Source: Holophagales bacterium
GTDB lineage: Bacteria; Acidobacteriota; Thermoanaerobaculia; Multivoradales; UBA5704
Assembly (NCBI GenBank): GCA_031390755.1
Contig: JANMTS010000168.1
Span: 18,253 to 82,252 of the forward strand
Reading direction: 5' to 3'
DNA: 64,000 bases
Shown here: piece after piece, positions 1 through 8,477 of the stretch
Position numbering within the stretch: the stretch's first letter is position 1
How the letters are laid out: every line of letters starts with the position of its first letter
Position numbers and translations under genes: made by a program
The notes under the pieces: model-generated
Told to the model about the DNA's origin: nothing
The model's database searches: none
The model's input: only the letters and a program-made list of their open reading frames with translations

Positions 1-459
1 AAACATGGCGTAGGCTGCCCAGAAAGCCTTGCGCACGGCTCGCGTTGCCGCGTGGTATAGAGGCGCGGGCGACCTCTTGGACCGGCTTGGACGCGACTCC
101 GGGGCCTGACGCAGCACTCCGGCAACTCCAAGAGGCTGACGGCCGCTCCCGGCAAGATCGGCTGCCGCCTTGCCCTCGATCTCTTCCACCAGCGCGGCCA
201 CCCGCTGCCGGTAGACCTCGGGCGAGAGATGAGCCCAGCACGGCAGCGGCGAGAGCTCGAAGGTCTCCCCGGTGGCGTACTGCAGCCGGCCGAAGTCCTC
301 TCCTCGATTCCTGGCGGCATACTCCTGCGTCCGGTCGAACCAGAGCCCCCGGATCGGCTCGCCGGCAAGAATCTCCCGCACGCTGTGGACGCCCGGCCAG
401 TCCCGGGCATGGGCCACCAGGCCCAATCCCACCTCCGTGTACGTTGAAGCGCCCTTCCC
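1..459 (-). pseudogene. 5-prime-truncated IS200/Y1-transposase-like (RayT/COG1943-like) C-terminal fragment, runs off the left edge
   Basis: Own minus-strand translation (absent from the ORF track because no stop lies inside the window): GLGLVAHARDWPGVHSVREILAGEPIRGLWFDRTQEYAARNRGEDFGRLQYATGETFELSPLPCWAHLSPEVYRQRVAALVEEIEG...SKRSPAPLYHAATRAVRKAFWAAYAMF. From memory this resembles the segment that follows the Y1 catalytic domain in transposase-like proteins of GC-rich soil bacteria. There is an in-frame TAG at 460-462, no start codon and no Y1 N-domain upstream. Confidence 0.4.
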
Positions 460-703
460 CTACATTGAGCCCTCCACGCTGTACATTGAAGCGCTCTCTC
501 CATCCTCAATGTACAGCAACGTATCCTCAACCGCCGACAAGAGCGCTTCAATAGCGCCCAGGCACTGCGGAACCGCCACCTCGGTATCCTCAATCTACAG
601 AGAGCCGTACATTGAGGATACCGGACAGTCTTCAACAGCTGCGCCACTGTACATTGAAGATGGCTTGCTGTACATTGAGCCGTCCTTGGGCGCTTCAACG
701 TAG
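439..703. repeat. Iteron-like cluster of about ten (G/C)TAC(A/G)TTGA(A/G) boxes in both orientations
   Basis: Boxes read directly. Forward: 439-452 GTACGTTGAAGCGC, 460-470, 481-494 GTACATTGAAGCGC, 607-618, 649-660, 670-680. Inverted: 506-514 TCAATGTAC, 543-554, 588-598, 690-703 GCGCTTCAACGTAG. The first and last boxes form an inverted pair. The region is AT-richer than its flanks. Confidence 0.7.
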
Positions 704-736
704 AGATGGACGGCGGTGATCCAGGAGGTGAGGGGA

Positions 737-1318
737 ATGAGTCGGAACGTTTCGCTGGTCGATGCGCTGGCGCAGTTGGAGTGGAAGATCGCGCACCACA
801 AGGAGCAGCAGGAGCGCCACGCGGCCCAGGAGGTACACCATGCCACGCAGCAGGCGCACCATGCCGGGCAGAAGGAGGTCCACGCGGCCGAGCACCGGAA
901 GGCGGTCGAGTGCTACGAGGCCTTCAAGGCCGCCTCCGAGGCCATCGACGGCATGCTGATGGACGTCAAGGGCCGGGCTCCGGAGCCGGCACCGCTGGCC
1001 GAGGGCTACACCTTCAGCGGTTGGCGATGGCTGAGCCAGCTGATGAGCCGGTTGATCGAGACCAAGAGGCCGGACGAGGTCTTCGGCGCTTCGACGCTCA
1101 TCGCCGAGATCCAGAGGCGCTGGGGCTCGAAGCTGAGGCACGGCATCGATACCCGTACTGCCTCGGCCACCCTCCGCCGCTGGGCGGCCACGGGCCGGAT
1201 TCATCTGGTCCGGGACGGCCGCTCCTACAACGAGTCGCTGTATATGAGGCAGCCCCCCGCCGGGGCGGCTCAGGCGGCTCCTGCGCCCGGAACCTCGGCT
1301 ATAGTGAGCAAGCCCTGA
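737..1318 (+). CDS. Hypothetical protein (His/Gln/Glu-rich helical N-half, possible C-terminal winged-helix)
   Basis: ORF track 716..1318. AGGAGG lies 8 nt upstream of ATG 737. The C-terminal TASATLRRWAATGRIHLVRDGRSYNESLY looks wHTH-like (weak). No family recognised. Confidence 0.55.
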   Translation: MSRNVSLVDALAQLEWKIAHHKEQQERHAAQEVHHATQQAHHAGQKEVHAAEHRKAVECYEAFKAASEAIDGMLMDVKGRAPEPAPLAEGYTFSGWRWLSQLMSRLIETKRPDEVFGASTLIAEIQRRWGSKLRHGIDTRTASATLRRWAATGRIHLVRDGRSYNESLYMRQPPAGAAQAAPAPGTSAIVSKP

Positions 1319-1341
1319 GGGATTCCCTCCGAAGGAGATTT

Positions 1342-1878
1342 GTGAACCGAATCGCCTCCCTGAGTCTCGCCGCCACCGCCGCAGTCACCGCCGGCCTGAT
1401 CTGCACCGCCACCGCCTGGGCCGTGGAGCCCACGCCCCAGGCGCGCCTGACGGACGCCCTGCTCTGCAAGGGCGATCCGCTCGACATCGTCCGCAAGATG
1501 GCCGAGGGCGGATCGGCCCACTTCGACCAGGGATTCGCGGCGGCGACCTTCGGCGAGGAGATGGACGAGGTGAACGTGGTGATCCTGAAGACGCCGCTCG
1601 ACATCGCGGGCGCGAAGACCTCGTTCGTGCTGATGGGTCTGGATCAGGCCGAGGAGGATTTCGGGGGGCTGGTCTACGGCCGCTTCCAGGGCGACTACCG
1701 CAAGGTCGTCGCGGCCCTGAAGCTGGCCCCGACGCCGAAGCAGGATGATTTCCGGCTGGGACCGTTCACGAAGCCCGTCGTCAAGCCGACCCCGGACGAG
1801 CCCTGCCCGATGACGATCGCGCTCACGCCGCGGGAAGACGGCACGTTCCTGCTTGGATGCGGGTGGTGCAACGGTTGA
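1342..1878 (+). CDS. Hypothetical secreted protein
   Basis: C-terminal part of ORF 706..1878. GTG 1342 follows GAAGGAG. There is a signal-like N-terminus LSLAATAAVTAGLICTATAWA. No family recognised. Confidence 0.55.
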   Translation: MNRIASLSLAATAAVTAGLICTATAWAVEPTPQARLTDALLCKGDPLDIVRKMAEGGSAHFDQGFAAATFGEEMDEVNVVILKTPLDIAGAKTSFVLMGLDQAEEDFGGLVYGRFQGDYRKVVAALKLAPTPKQDDFRLGPFTKPVVKPTPDEPCPMTIALTPREDGTFLLGCGWCNG

Positions 1879-1986
1879 GGCGGGAGCCAAGCTCAGTAGC
1901 TCTCGCCCATCGTTGACCGCCCGCCTGCGAAGGGGCTACAGTCGCCTCCAATCTTGACTAAAAGACGATAGGGGAGATCACCCAGG

Positions 1987-3651
1987 ATGGGGCCCAAGAG
2001 CGTGAACCGGCCGGGGACACAGACCTGGTCAACCCCGGCGGGTGAGCCCCGGCCTGCGCTCACCGTTCCCGGCTTGACGATCCTCGGCCACCCTCAGATC
2101 CAGCGGGTCGGCGAGCGGGTGGCGTTGCTCGATCTCTCGTCGGGCCGGGAGACGCTCTTGTCGCGGGGGGAACCGGAGTTCTCCATGCCGGGCGAGTCGG
2201 TCTTCCGGCCGCTCGCCGCTCCCTATCTCAGCCGCCGTCCCTGGCTCCTCCAACCGGCGGCCGGCGGCGGCATCCGGATGCTCCGGGGCGACTCCCCCAT
2301 GTCTCTCGCCGCCGACGGCGAGCCGGTCGAGGGCGAAGCTTCGTTCTCGGCCGCCGAGGTGGATCGCGGCGTGGTGCTGCTTCTCGCCGGCCAGGTGGTC
2401 CTCCTGCTGCATCGCTTCCGCCCGGTCTTTCCCGGCAGCTTGCCACGCTACGGGCTGGTGGGCCTGAGCGATCCCCTTCTCGACCTCTGCCGCCAGATCG
2501 CCCGGGTCGCGGACCTCGACGTCCCGGTGCTGTTGCGCGGCTCCTCGGGCACCGGCAAGGAGCTGGTGGCGGCGGCTCTTCACCGCGCGAGCCGCCGGCA
2601 GGACCGGCCGTTCGTGGCGCTCAACATGGGCGCCCTGCCCGCCTCGCTCGCCGCCGCCGAGCTGTTCGGGGCGGCGCGGGGCGCCTACACCGGCGCCGAG
2701 CAGGCGCGGCGGGGCGCCTTCCGCCGCGCCCACGGCGGGACGCTCTTCCTCGACGAGATCGGCGAAACGCCCCAGGAGGTGCAGCCGCTGCTGCTGCGCG
2801 CCCTGGAGAGCGGCGAGCTCCAGCCGCTGGGGAGTGAAGAGACGGCGCGCGTCGACGTGCGCGTCCTCGCCGCCACCGACGCGGCTCTCGAGGAGGCGGT
2901 CGCCGCCGGGCGCTTCCGCGGCCCGCTCCTGCACCGCCTGGGCGGATACGCGATCCGCCTCCCCGCCCTGCGCGAGCGGCGTGACGACATCGGCCGGCTG
3001 TTCTTTCACTTCCTGCGCGAGGAGCTCGCCGCCGTGGGAGAGGAGCGCCGCCTGACCGATCCCGATCCGGAGGCGCAGCCCTGGCCTCCCGCGGCGTGGA
3101 TCGCCCGCCTCGCCGCCGCCCCCTGGCCCGGCAACGTCCGCCAGCTGCGCAACGTCGCCCGCTCTCTGGCCATCGACTGCCGCCGTTTCGGGGAGGACAC
3201 CTCGGAAAGCACTCCGGAAGACACCGACCGGCTTCCCGCGGCGATCGAGGATCTGCTGGGCGACGAGAGACCGGTCCCGGAAACGGGCTTGCCGCCGGCA
3301 GCACCACCCGCAGTACCGTCGGCAGTACTGGCTCCGGCACGCACAGCCTTCCGCAGCCCTCAGGACGTCTCGGAAGAGGAGCTGCTCGCGGCGCTCGCGG
3401 CCAACCGCTGGCAGCCCCGGGAGACCGCCCGCCAGCTCGGCATCTCGCGCCCTTCGCTCTATTTTCTTCTCGATACCTTTCCGAGCGTTCGCAAGGCGAT
3501 GGACCTGAGCCGTGAAGAGATCGTCGAAGCCGGGGAACGCTGCGGCGGCCGTCTGCGCGAGATGGCGGCGATCCTGCGCGTCTCGGAAGCAGGAATCCGG
3601 CGCCGGATGAAACAGCTCGGCCTGCTCCCGGTCTCCCCCAAACAGCCATGA
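1987..3651 (+). CDS. Sigma-54-dependent transcriptional activator (bEBP) with FHA-like N-terminal region
   Basis: AAA+ sigma-54 interaction module: Walker A GSSGTGKE, GAYTGA (a GAFTGA variant), Walker B GTLFLDEIGE, VDVRVLAAT. C-terminal Fis-type HTH ETARQLGISRPSLYFLL. The N-terminal ~150 aa are beta-rich and FHA-like (weak). Confidence 0.88.
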   Translation: MGPKSVNRPGTQTWSTPAGEPRPALTVPGLTILGHPQIQRVGERVALLDLSSGRETLLSRGEPEFSMPGESVFRPLAAPYLSRRPWLLQPAAGGGIRMLRGDSPMSLAADGEPVEGEASFSAAEVDRGVVLLLAGQVVLLLHRFRPVFPGSLPRYGLVGLSDPLLDLCRQIARVADLDVPVLLRGSSGTGKELVAAALHRASRRQDRPFVALNMGALPASLAAAELFGAARGAYTGAEQARRGAFRRAHGGTLFLDEIGETPQEVQPLLLRALESGELQPLGSEETARVDVRVLAATDAALEEAVAAGRFRGPLLHRLGGYAIRLPALRERRDDIGRLFFHFLREELAAVGEERRLTDPDPEAQPWPPAAWIARLAAAPWPGNVRQLRNVARSLAIDCRRFGEDTSESTPEDTDRLPAAIEDLLGDERPVPETGLPPAAPPAVPSAVLAPARTAFRSPQDVSEEELLAALAANRWQPRETARQLGISRPSLYFLLDTFPSVRKAMDLSREEIVEAGERCGGRLREMAAILRVSEAGIRRRMKQLGLLPVSPKQP

Positions 3652-3667
3652 GCCAGGAAGAACAGCC

Positions 3668-5980
3668 ATGAGCGGGGAAGAGCAGCCGCCCGCCCAAGCG
3701 CTGGGGCCTTACCGGCTCGTCGAGCGGCTCGCCGCCGGTGGCATGGGCGAGGTCTGGCGCGCCTGGGACGGCCGGCTGAAGCGGCCGGTGGCGGTCAAAC
3801 ATGTCCTGCCGGAGATCCTGGAACAGCCGGGCGCGCGCGAGCGCTTCCGCCGCGAGGCCGAGGCGGGGGCCCGGCTCACCCATCCTGCCGTGGTCCAGAT
3901 CTACGACCTGGTGGAATCGCCGGACGGCGACTGGCTCGTCATGGAGCTGGTGGTGGGTCAGACGCTGCGCGAGCTCCTCTCCGCCGGTCCACTCCCCGTC
4001 CGGAGCGCCTTGCTGTGGGGCCGCGAGATCGCCGGAGGGCTCGCCGCCGCCCATGCGCAGGGCATCCTGCATCGCGATCTCAAGGCGGGCAACGTGATGA
4101 TCGCGGCGGGCACGGCGGGCACCGCGGGGGGGCACGCCAAGATTCTCGACTTCGGCATCGCGCGGGCGCTGTCTCCCGAGGGGACGGGATCCGCGTCAGG
4201 GCAGGAGATGACGCTCACGGAGCCGGGAAGGGTGGCGGGCACGAGCTACGGCATGTCGCCCGAGCAGGCTCTGGGGCTGCCGCTCGATCCCCGCTCGGAC
4301 CTCTTCTCCCTGGGCTCGCTGCTCTACGAGATGCTCACCGGCGAGGCGCCGTTCCGCGCCTCCTCGGCCACGGCCTCTCTGACCCGCGTGTGCAGCTACC
4401 GCCCCTTGCCGGCACAGCGGCTGCGCGCGGAGATCCCCGCCGAGGTCTCCGTGCTGATCGAGCGGCTGCTCGAGAAGGAGCCGAACGCCCGCCCCCGGGA
4501 CGCCGAGGAGGTGGCCGCCCGCCTCGAAGAAGCCACGGCCAGACTGCCGGCACCGCGCCCGCCCGTCGAAACCGCGGCCCTGGCCGATAGCGCGGCCCCC
4601 GCACCCGGGTCGCCGTCGGACGAAGTCACGCGGGTCGAGGCCCTGCCGCGGTCCGCGGGTTTCGAATCGTCCAGCACCACCCTCCCGCGCATTCGCCGGA
4701 TGTTGCCGCGCTCTGCCGTCGTCCTCGCCGGCGGGCTCCTCCTCGCCCTGGCCCTCGGCTGGCAGGGCTGGCGCCTTGCCGCACCGCACCGCGCCGCCAG
4801 CACGTATGAGCTCTACGAGCAGGGCTCGGCGGCGCTCCGCCGCTACGACAAGCCGGGCAACCTCGACGAGGCGATCGCGGACTTCCGGCAGATCCTCGGC
4901 CGCGTCCCCGACCACGCGGCGGCCCACGCCGCCCTGGCGCGCGCCTGCCAGCTCAAGTTCATGAATCAGAGCAAGGACCGGATGTGGCTGGATCAGGCCC
5001 TGCCGCTGGCCGAGCGGGCCGTGGCGCTCGACGGCTATCTGGCGTCGGCCCGGGTGACTCTGGGTCTGGTCTACACCTCGCTCGGGCGTCTGGACGACGC
5101 CGCCCGGGAGATCGAAACGGCGATCCAGCTCGAACCGGGGAACGCGGACGCCCAGTACGCCCTCGGCACCCTGCACGAAGCCCGGACGGAGCTCGGCCTG
5201 GCGGAAGCCGCGTTTCAGCGTGCGGTCGCCCTGCGCCCCGACCGCCAGTTCTACGACGCGCTGGGCGCGCTCTACTTGCGCACCGGACGCCTCGCCCAGG
5301 CCATCGCGGCCTTCCAGAGCAGCATCCGCCTGGCCCCCGACGGCTTTGTCGGCTATCGCAACCTGGGAGGGGCCTACTATGCCCAGGGCGATCTGTCCCA
5401 GGCCGCCGCCCAGTTTCAGAAGGCGCTGGAGATCCAGCCCGAGCCGTCGCTCTACACCAACCTGGGAGTCCTCTACTTCGCCCAGGGGCTCTATCCGCAG
5501 GCGGCCCAGGCTTTCGAGCAGGCGCTCGAGTTGCAGGGAGGGGCCAACGACTATCGCGTCTGGGGCAATCTCGGGGACGCCTGCCGCTTCCTGCCCGAGG
5601 GCGGCGCCCGGGCTCGCGAGGCCTACTCGCGGGCCCTCCAGCTCCTGGCGGACCCGCTTCGCGCCGCACCGCGCGATGCCACTCTCCTGAGCCGGCGCGC
5701 GCTCTACCTGGCCAAGCGCGGGGACTGCGGACCCGCCCTCGCGGCGGTCAAGGAGATCGAACGGCTGGCGCAGAAGGACGCCGGCGCCCAGTTCCGGCTC
5801 GTGGTCGCCCACGAGGTCTGCGGCCGCCGCGTGGCCGCGCTCGCGGTGCTCGAAAAAGCGCTGCACAACGGCTACCCCCTGGCCGACGTGCAGCGCGATC
5901 CGGAGCTCCTCGCGCTACGCGCCGACGTGCGCTATCACAGACTCCTGATCCGCCTGGCTCCCGCCTCGAACGCTCCGTGA
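3668..5980 (+). CDS. Ser/Thr protein kinase with one TM segment and C-terminal TPR repeats
   Basis: Hanks motifs GGMGEV..VAVK, HRDLKAGNVM, DFGIA, SPEQ. TM segment AVVLAGGLLLALALGW. Multiple TPR-like repeats follow. The start is 17 nt after the bEBP stop. Confidence 0.9.
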   Translation: MSGEEQPPAQALGPYRLVERLAAGGMGEVWRAWDGRLKRPVAVKHVLPEILEQPGARERFRREAEAGARLTHPAVVQIYDLVESPDGDWLVMELVVGQTLRELLSAGPLPVRSALLWGREIAGGLAAAHAQGILHRDLKAGNVMIAAGTAGTAGGHAKILDFGIARALSPEGTGSASGQEMTLTEPGRVAGTSYGMSPEQALGLPLDPRSDLFSLGSLLYEMLTGEAPFRASSATASLTRVCSYRPLPAQRLRAEIPAEVSVLIERLLEKEPNARPRDAEEVAARLEEATARLPAPRPPVETAALADSAAPAPGSPSDEVTRVEALPRSAGFESSSTTLPRIRRMLPRSAVVLAGGLLLALALGWQGWRLAAPHRAASTYELYEQGSAALRRYDKPGNLDEAIADFRQILGRVPDHAAAHAALARACQLKFMNQSKDRMWLDQALPLAERAVALDGYLASARVTLGLVYTSLGRLDDAAREIETAIQLEPGNADAQYALGTLHEARTELGLAEAAFQRAVALRPDRQFYDALGALYLRTGRLAQAIAAFQSSIRLAPDGFVGYRNLGGAYYAQGDLSQAAAQFQKALEIQPEPSLYTNLGVLYFAQGLYPQAAQAFEQALELQGGANDYRVWGNLGDACRFLPEGGARAREAYSRALQLLADPLRAAPRDATLLSRRALYLAKRGDCGPALAAVKEIERLAQKDAGAQFRLVVAHEVCGRRVAALAVLEKALHNGYPLADVQRDPELLALRADVRYHRLLIRLAPASNAP

Positions 5981-6002
5981 AGAGGTTCCGAGGTCACCGA
6001 GG

Positions 6003-6503
6003 TCACGTGTTCGGCCCCACGATCATCTCGGGATCGTGGCTGAAAAGGCGTACGAATCCATCGAGCCCGATCGCCTGAATCTGGGTGGTCAGGAGAAATC
6101 GCAGAGCCGTAGCCGTTTGCGGCTCCACCTGATCCCCTACCTTCTTCATCGTCACCATCACCTCCTGCGAGGTCCAGGAGCGGTGAACGTTCTGGAAAAC
6201 CGCGCTTTGAGCCGTGGTCGAGTCCAATGTGATCGCAGGCTGGAGGGAGCTCAACCCTTTGCCCACCAGCTGCTCCTTGACGGCTGCCTGAGTCAGGATG
6301 ACGAAAGATCCGATCCCCGCCACCTGCGGCCCTTCCGATGAGGTCACATCGGAGATCCTGAAAACGATGGTCTCGCCGATTTGCACCGGCGCAGTGCCCG
6401 GCAAGGGCACGCCGTTTGCGACCAGGCCTCCGCGCAAGTAGCTCACGCCCGCGGTCTCCACCGCGTTCCAATCGATTCCCAGCTCCCAGACATAAGTGGC
6501 CAT
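6003..6503 (-). CDS. Hypothetical protein (166 aa), sigma-54-promoter-associated
   Basis: Clean ORF with SD AAAGGAGAAAG upstream of ATG 6503. A sigma-54-type promoter lies 58 nt upstream. No family recognised. Confidence 0.6.
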   Translation of the reverse strand: MATYVWELGIDWNAVETAGVSYLRGGLVANGVPLPGTAPVQIGETIVFRISDVTSSEGPQVAGIGSFVILTQAAVKEQLVGKGLSSLQPAITLDSTTAQSAVFQNVHRSWTSQEVMVTMKKVGDQVEPQTATALRFLLTTQIQAIGLDGFVRLFSHDPEMIVGPNT

Positions 6504-6560
6504 GTTCTTTCTCCTTTGGGTTGCGAACGTCTTTCTTCACAGACTTCCTCCAACGTCTTG

Positions 6561-6576
6561 AGCAAGGCGTGCGCCA
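6561..6576 (-). promoter_or_regulatory. Sigma-54 (-24/-12) promoter candidate for 6003..6503
   Basis: The minus strand reads TGGCGC-ACGCC-TTGCT, which fits TGGCAC-N5-TTGCW. Confidence 0.6.
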
Positions 6577-6605
6577 AGGTCAACACCCCTCGTCTCCCGT
6601 CGCCC

Positions 6606-6664
6606 GGAGGTTGTCGGAGGTTGTCGGAGAGCCCGGCCCGACAGTCGGAGCTGTCGCTGACAAC
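6606..6664. promoter_or_regulatory. Candidate enhancer (UAS), copy 1: tandem GGAGGTTGTCGG plus TGTCGG/CCGACA palindromes
   Basis: GGAGGTTGTCGGAGGTTGTCGGAGAGCCCGGCCCGACAGTCGGAGCTGTCGCTGACAAC. It lies between two divergent sigma-54 promoters. Confidence 0.5.
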
Positions 6665-6697
6665 TGCGTACAAGCTCTTTTCCCTCTGTGCTTTGCC

Positions 6698-6712
6698 TGG
6701 CATATCCCTTGC
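6698..6712 (+). promoter_or_regulatory. Sigma-54 (-24/-12) promoter candidate for 6807..7913
   Basis: TGGCAT-ATCCC-TTGC, about 95 nt upstream of ATG 6807. Confidence 0.7.
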
Positions 6713-6806
6713 CTTTGTCCAGTCGCAGACATTACGGCGAACACGACAGGTCATCGGCCATCGAGCCGGACGGTGCAAGCGCCGCTAAAAACGAAAGGGA
6801 GAATCC

Positions 6807-7913
6807 ATGAGTGAAAATATTCAGAGGATCGGCTCGATGAACAACGGCTCGGCCAAAGGCTCCGTCCGCCGGGCCGTGTGCGGCGCACTGGTTACCGTCA
6901 TCGCAGGGCTTCTCCCGTGGCAACCCGCTGCCGATGCCTGTACGCGCGTCCTGTGGAACAAGAATAATCTCCACCTCGTCGTTACCGGACGATCCATGGA
7001 CTGGCCGGAATCCACCGATCCGGTGCTCACCGTGCTGCCGCGGGGTATGAAGCGCGACGGCGGTCGTGCCGGCTCAGAGGTGGTCGTCGGCTCCAACCCA
7101 GCCCAGTGGACGTCCAAATATGGCAGCCTCGTGACGACGATCTACGGAATGGGCACCGCCGACGGGTTCAACGAGCGCGGCCTGGGCGCCCATATGCTCT
7201 ACCTCAAGGATGCCGACTTCGGTCCGCGAGTTGTAAGCAAGCCCGCCGTGCAGGCTGGATTGTGGGCGCAGTTCCTGCTCGACAACGCGGCGACCGTCGA
7301 TGAAGCCCTCGCGCTGCTCAACACTGTTCAGGTGGTGCCGGTGGAGTCGCACGGCCACAAGGCCAACGTACACCTGGCGATCGAGGATGCGAGCGGCGAC
7401 TCCGCGATCATCGAATACGCCAACGGCGGACAGATCGTGCACCACAGCCGCGAGTACCGGATCATGACCAACGAACCGCTCTACGCCGTGCAGCTCGCGC
7501 TGCTGAAGGAGCATGACTTCTCCAAGCCGAGCAGCGCTACCCCCCTGCCCGGCAACGTCAGGCCGGAGGACCGCTTCCAGCGCGCCGCCTACTTCGCCGC
7601 GTTGCTGCCTGAACCGAAGAGCGAGCGCGAAGCGGTGGCGGCTGTGATGGCCATCGTGCGCAACGCGTCGGTTCCGTTCGGCGCGCCCTACCAGGGCTTT
7701 GGTATCTACAACACCGAGTACCGCACCGTGACCAATCTCACCGACCAGCGCTACTTCTTCGAGCTGACGACAAGCCCCAACGTGTTTTGGGCGAACCTCT
7801 CGAAGTTCGACCTGGCCCCCGGCGCCTCGGTGATGATCCTCAATCCGTACGACATCGAGCTGGCGGGGGACGTGACCGGAAAGTTCCAGAAGGCACCGAC
7901 AGCGCCGTTCTGA
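6807..7913 (+). CDS. Choloylglycine hydrolase / linear amide C-N hydrolase family (Ntn hydrolase), secreted
   Basis: The signal peptide ends ...PAADA|CTRVLW, exposing the N-terminal nucleophile Cys typical of penicillin V acylase/bile-salt hydrolase-like enzymes. Length and the GRSMDW, NE(R/K)GL segments fit the family. Confidence 0.8.
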   Translation: MSENIQRIGSMNNGSAKGSVRRAVCGALVTVIAGLLPWQPAADACTRVLWNKNNLHLVVTGRSMDWPESTDPVLTVLPRGMKRDGGRAGSEVVVGSNPAQWTSKYGSLVTTIYGMGTADGFNERGLGAHMLYLKDADFGPRVVSKPAVQAGLWAQFLLDNAATVDEALALLNTVQVVPVESHGHKANVHLAIEDASGDSAIIEYANGGQIVHHSREYRIMTNEPLYAVQLALLKEHDFSKPSSATPLPGNVRPEDRFQRAAYFAALLPEPKSEREAVAAVMAIVRNASVPFGAPYQGFGIYNTEYRTVTNLTDQRYFFELTTSPNVFWANLSKFDLAPGASVMILNPYDIELAGDVTGKFQKAPTAPF

Positions 7914-7967
7914 GGAAATCCAAGTTCCTGGACCGGCTGCTTGGATGTTGGCTACGGAAATCGGGCA

Positions 7968-7990
7968 GGCGGGGGATTTTCTCCCCCGCC
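7968..7990. terminator. GC-rich hairpin between convergent genes
   Basis: GGCGGGGGA-TTTTC-TCCCCCGCC. No clear U-tract follows on the plus strand. Confidence 0.4.
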
Positions 7991-8072
7991 CCCCCCACAC
8001 CACCCAGCTTGCGTGTCCCCGGCCCCGAGCCTCGCCGGAGCAATACCGTAAAACAAACCGGCAAGGTCCCCG

Positions 8073-8324
8073 TCAGGCAAACTCACATCCCGGGCTTCTT
8101 CTCCTCTGTCTTGGGTTGAGAGCATCGCCAGCCTTCATCATCGGGCAGTCCATCCCGCCCTTGGTGTGCATGTCCATGTGACTCATCATGTGCTCCCTCA
8201 TCTCGCGCTGCCTCTCCATCATCATCGCGCGATAAACCTTGCGCTGGGCGACGAGCTCGTTGATGACCGCCGCCATGGGCTTCTCCATGGCGGCGGCCTC
8301 TTTGGCCCCTTGGGCGGCGTTCAT
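8073..8324 (-). CDS. Possible small Met/His-rich protein
   Basis: 83-aa ORF containing RAMMMERQREMREHMMSHMDMHTKGGMDCPMMK. No clear SD, no signal peptide, and an alternative overlapping frame (8083..8331) exists. Confidence 0.3.
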   Translation of the reverse strand: MNAAQGAKEAAAMEKPMAAVINELVAQRKVYRAMMMERQREMREHMMSHMDMHTKGGMDCPMMKAGDALNPRQRRRSPGCEFA

Positions 8325-8370
8325 CTTTCAAAAATCGGGTGATACCCCTTCTTCTCGTCTCCAGTCGCTC

Positions 8371-8433
8371 GGAGGTTGTCGGAGGTTGTCGGAGAACCCG
8401 GCCCGACAGTCGGAGCTGTCGCCGACAACCTCC
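8371..8433. promoter_or_regulatory. Candidate enhancer (UAS), copy 2
   Basis: GGAGGTTGTCGG (8371-8382) is the perfect reverse complement of CCGACAACCTCC (8422-8433). An inner TGTCGG...CCGACA palindrome is also present. The block is near-identical to 6606-6664. Confidence 0.5.
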
Positions 8434-8462
8434 CGTAAGCTCTTTTCCCTCTGTAGTTTACC

Positions 8463-8477
8463 TGGCACATCCCTTGC
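8463..8477 (+). promoter_or_regulatory. Sigma-54 (-24/-12) promoter candidate for 8574..8852
   Basis: TGGCAC-ATCCC-TTGC, a perfect consensus core, about 97 nt upstream of ATG 8574. Confidence 0.75.
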
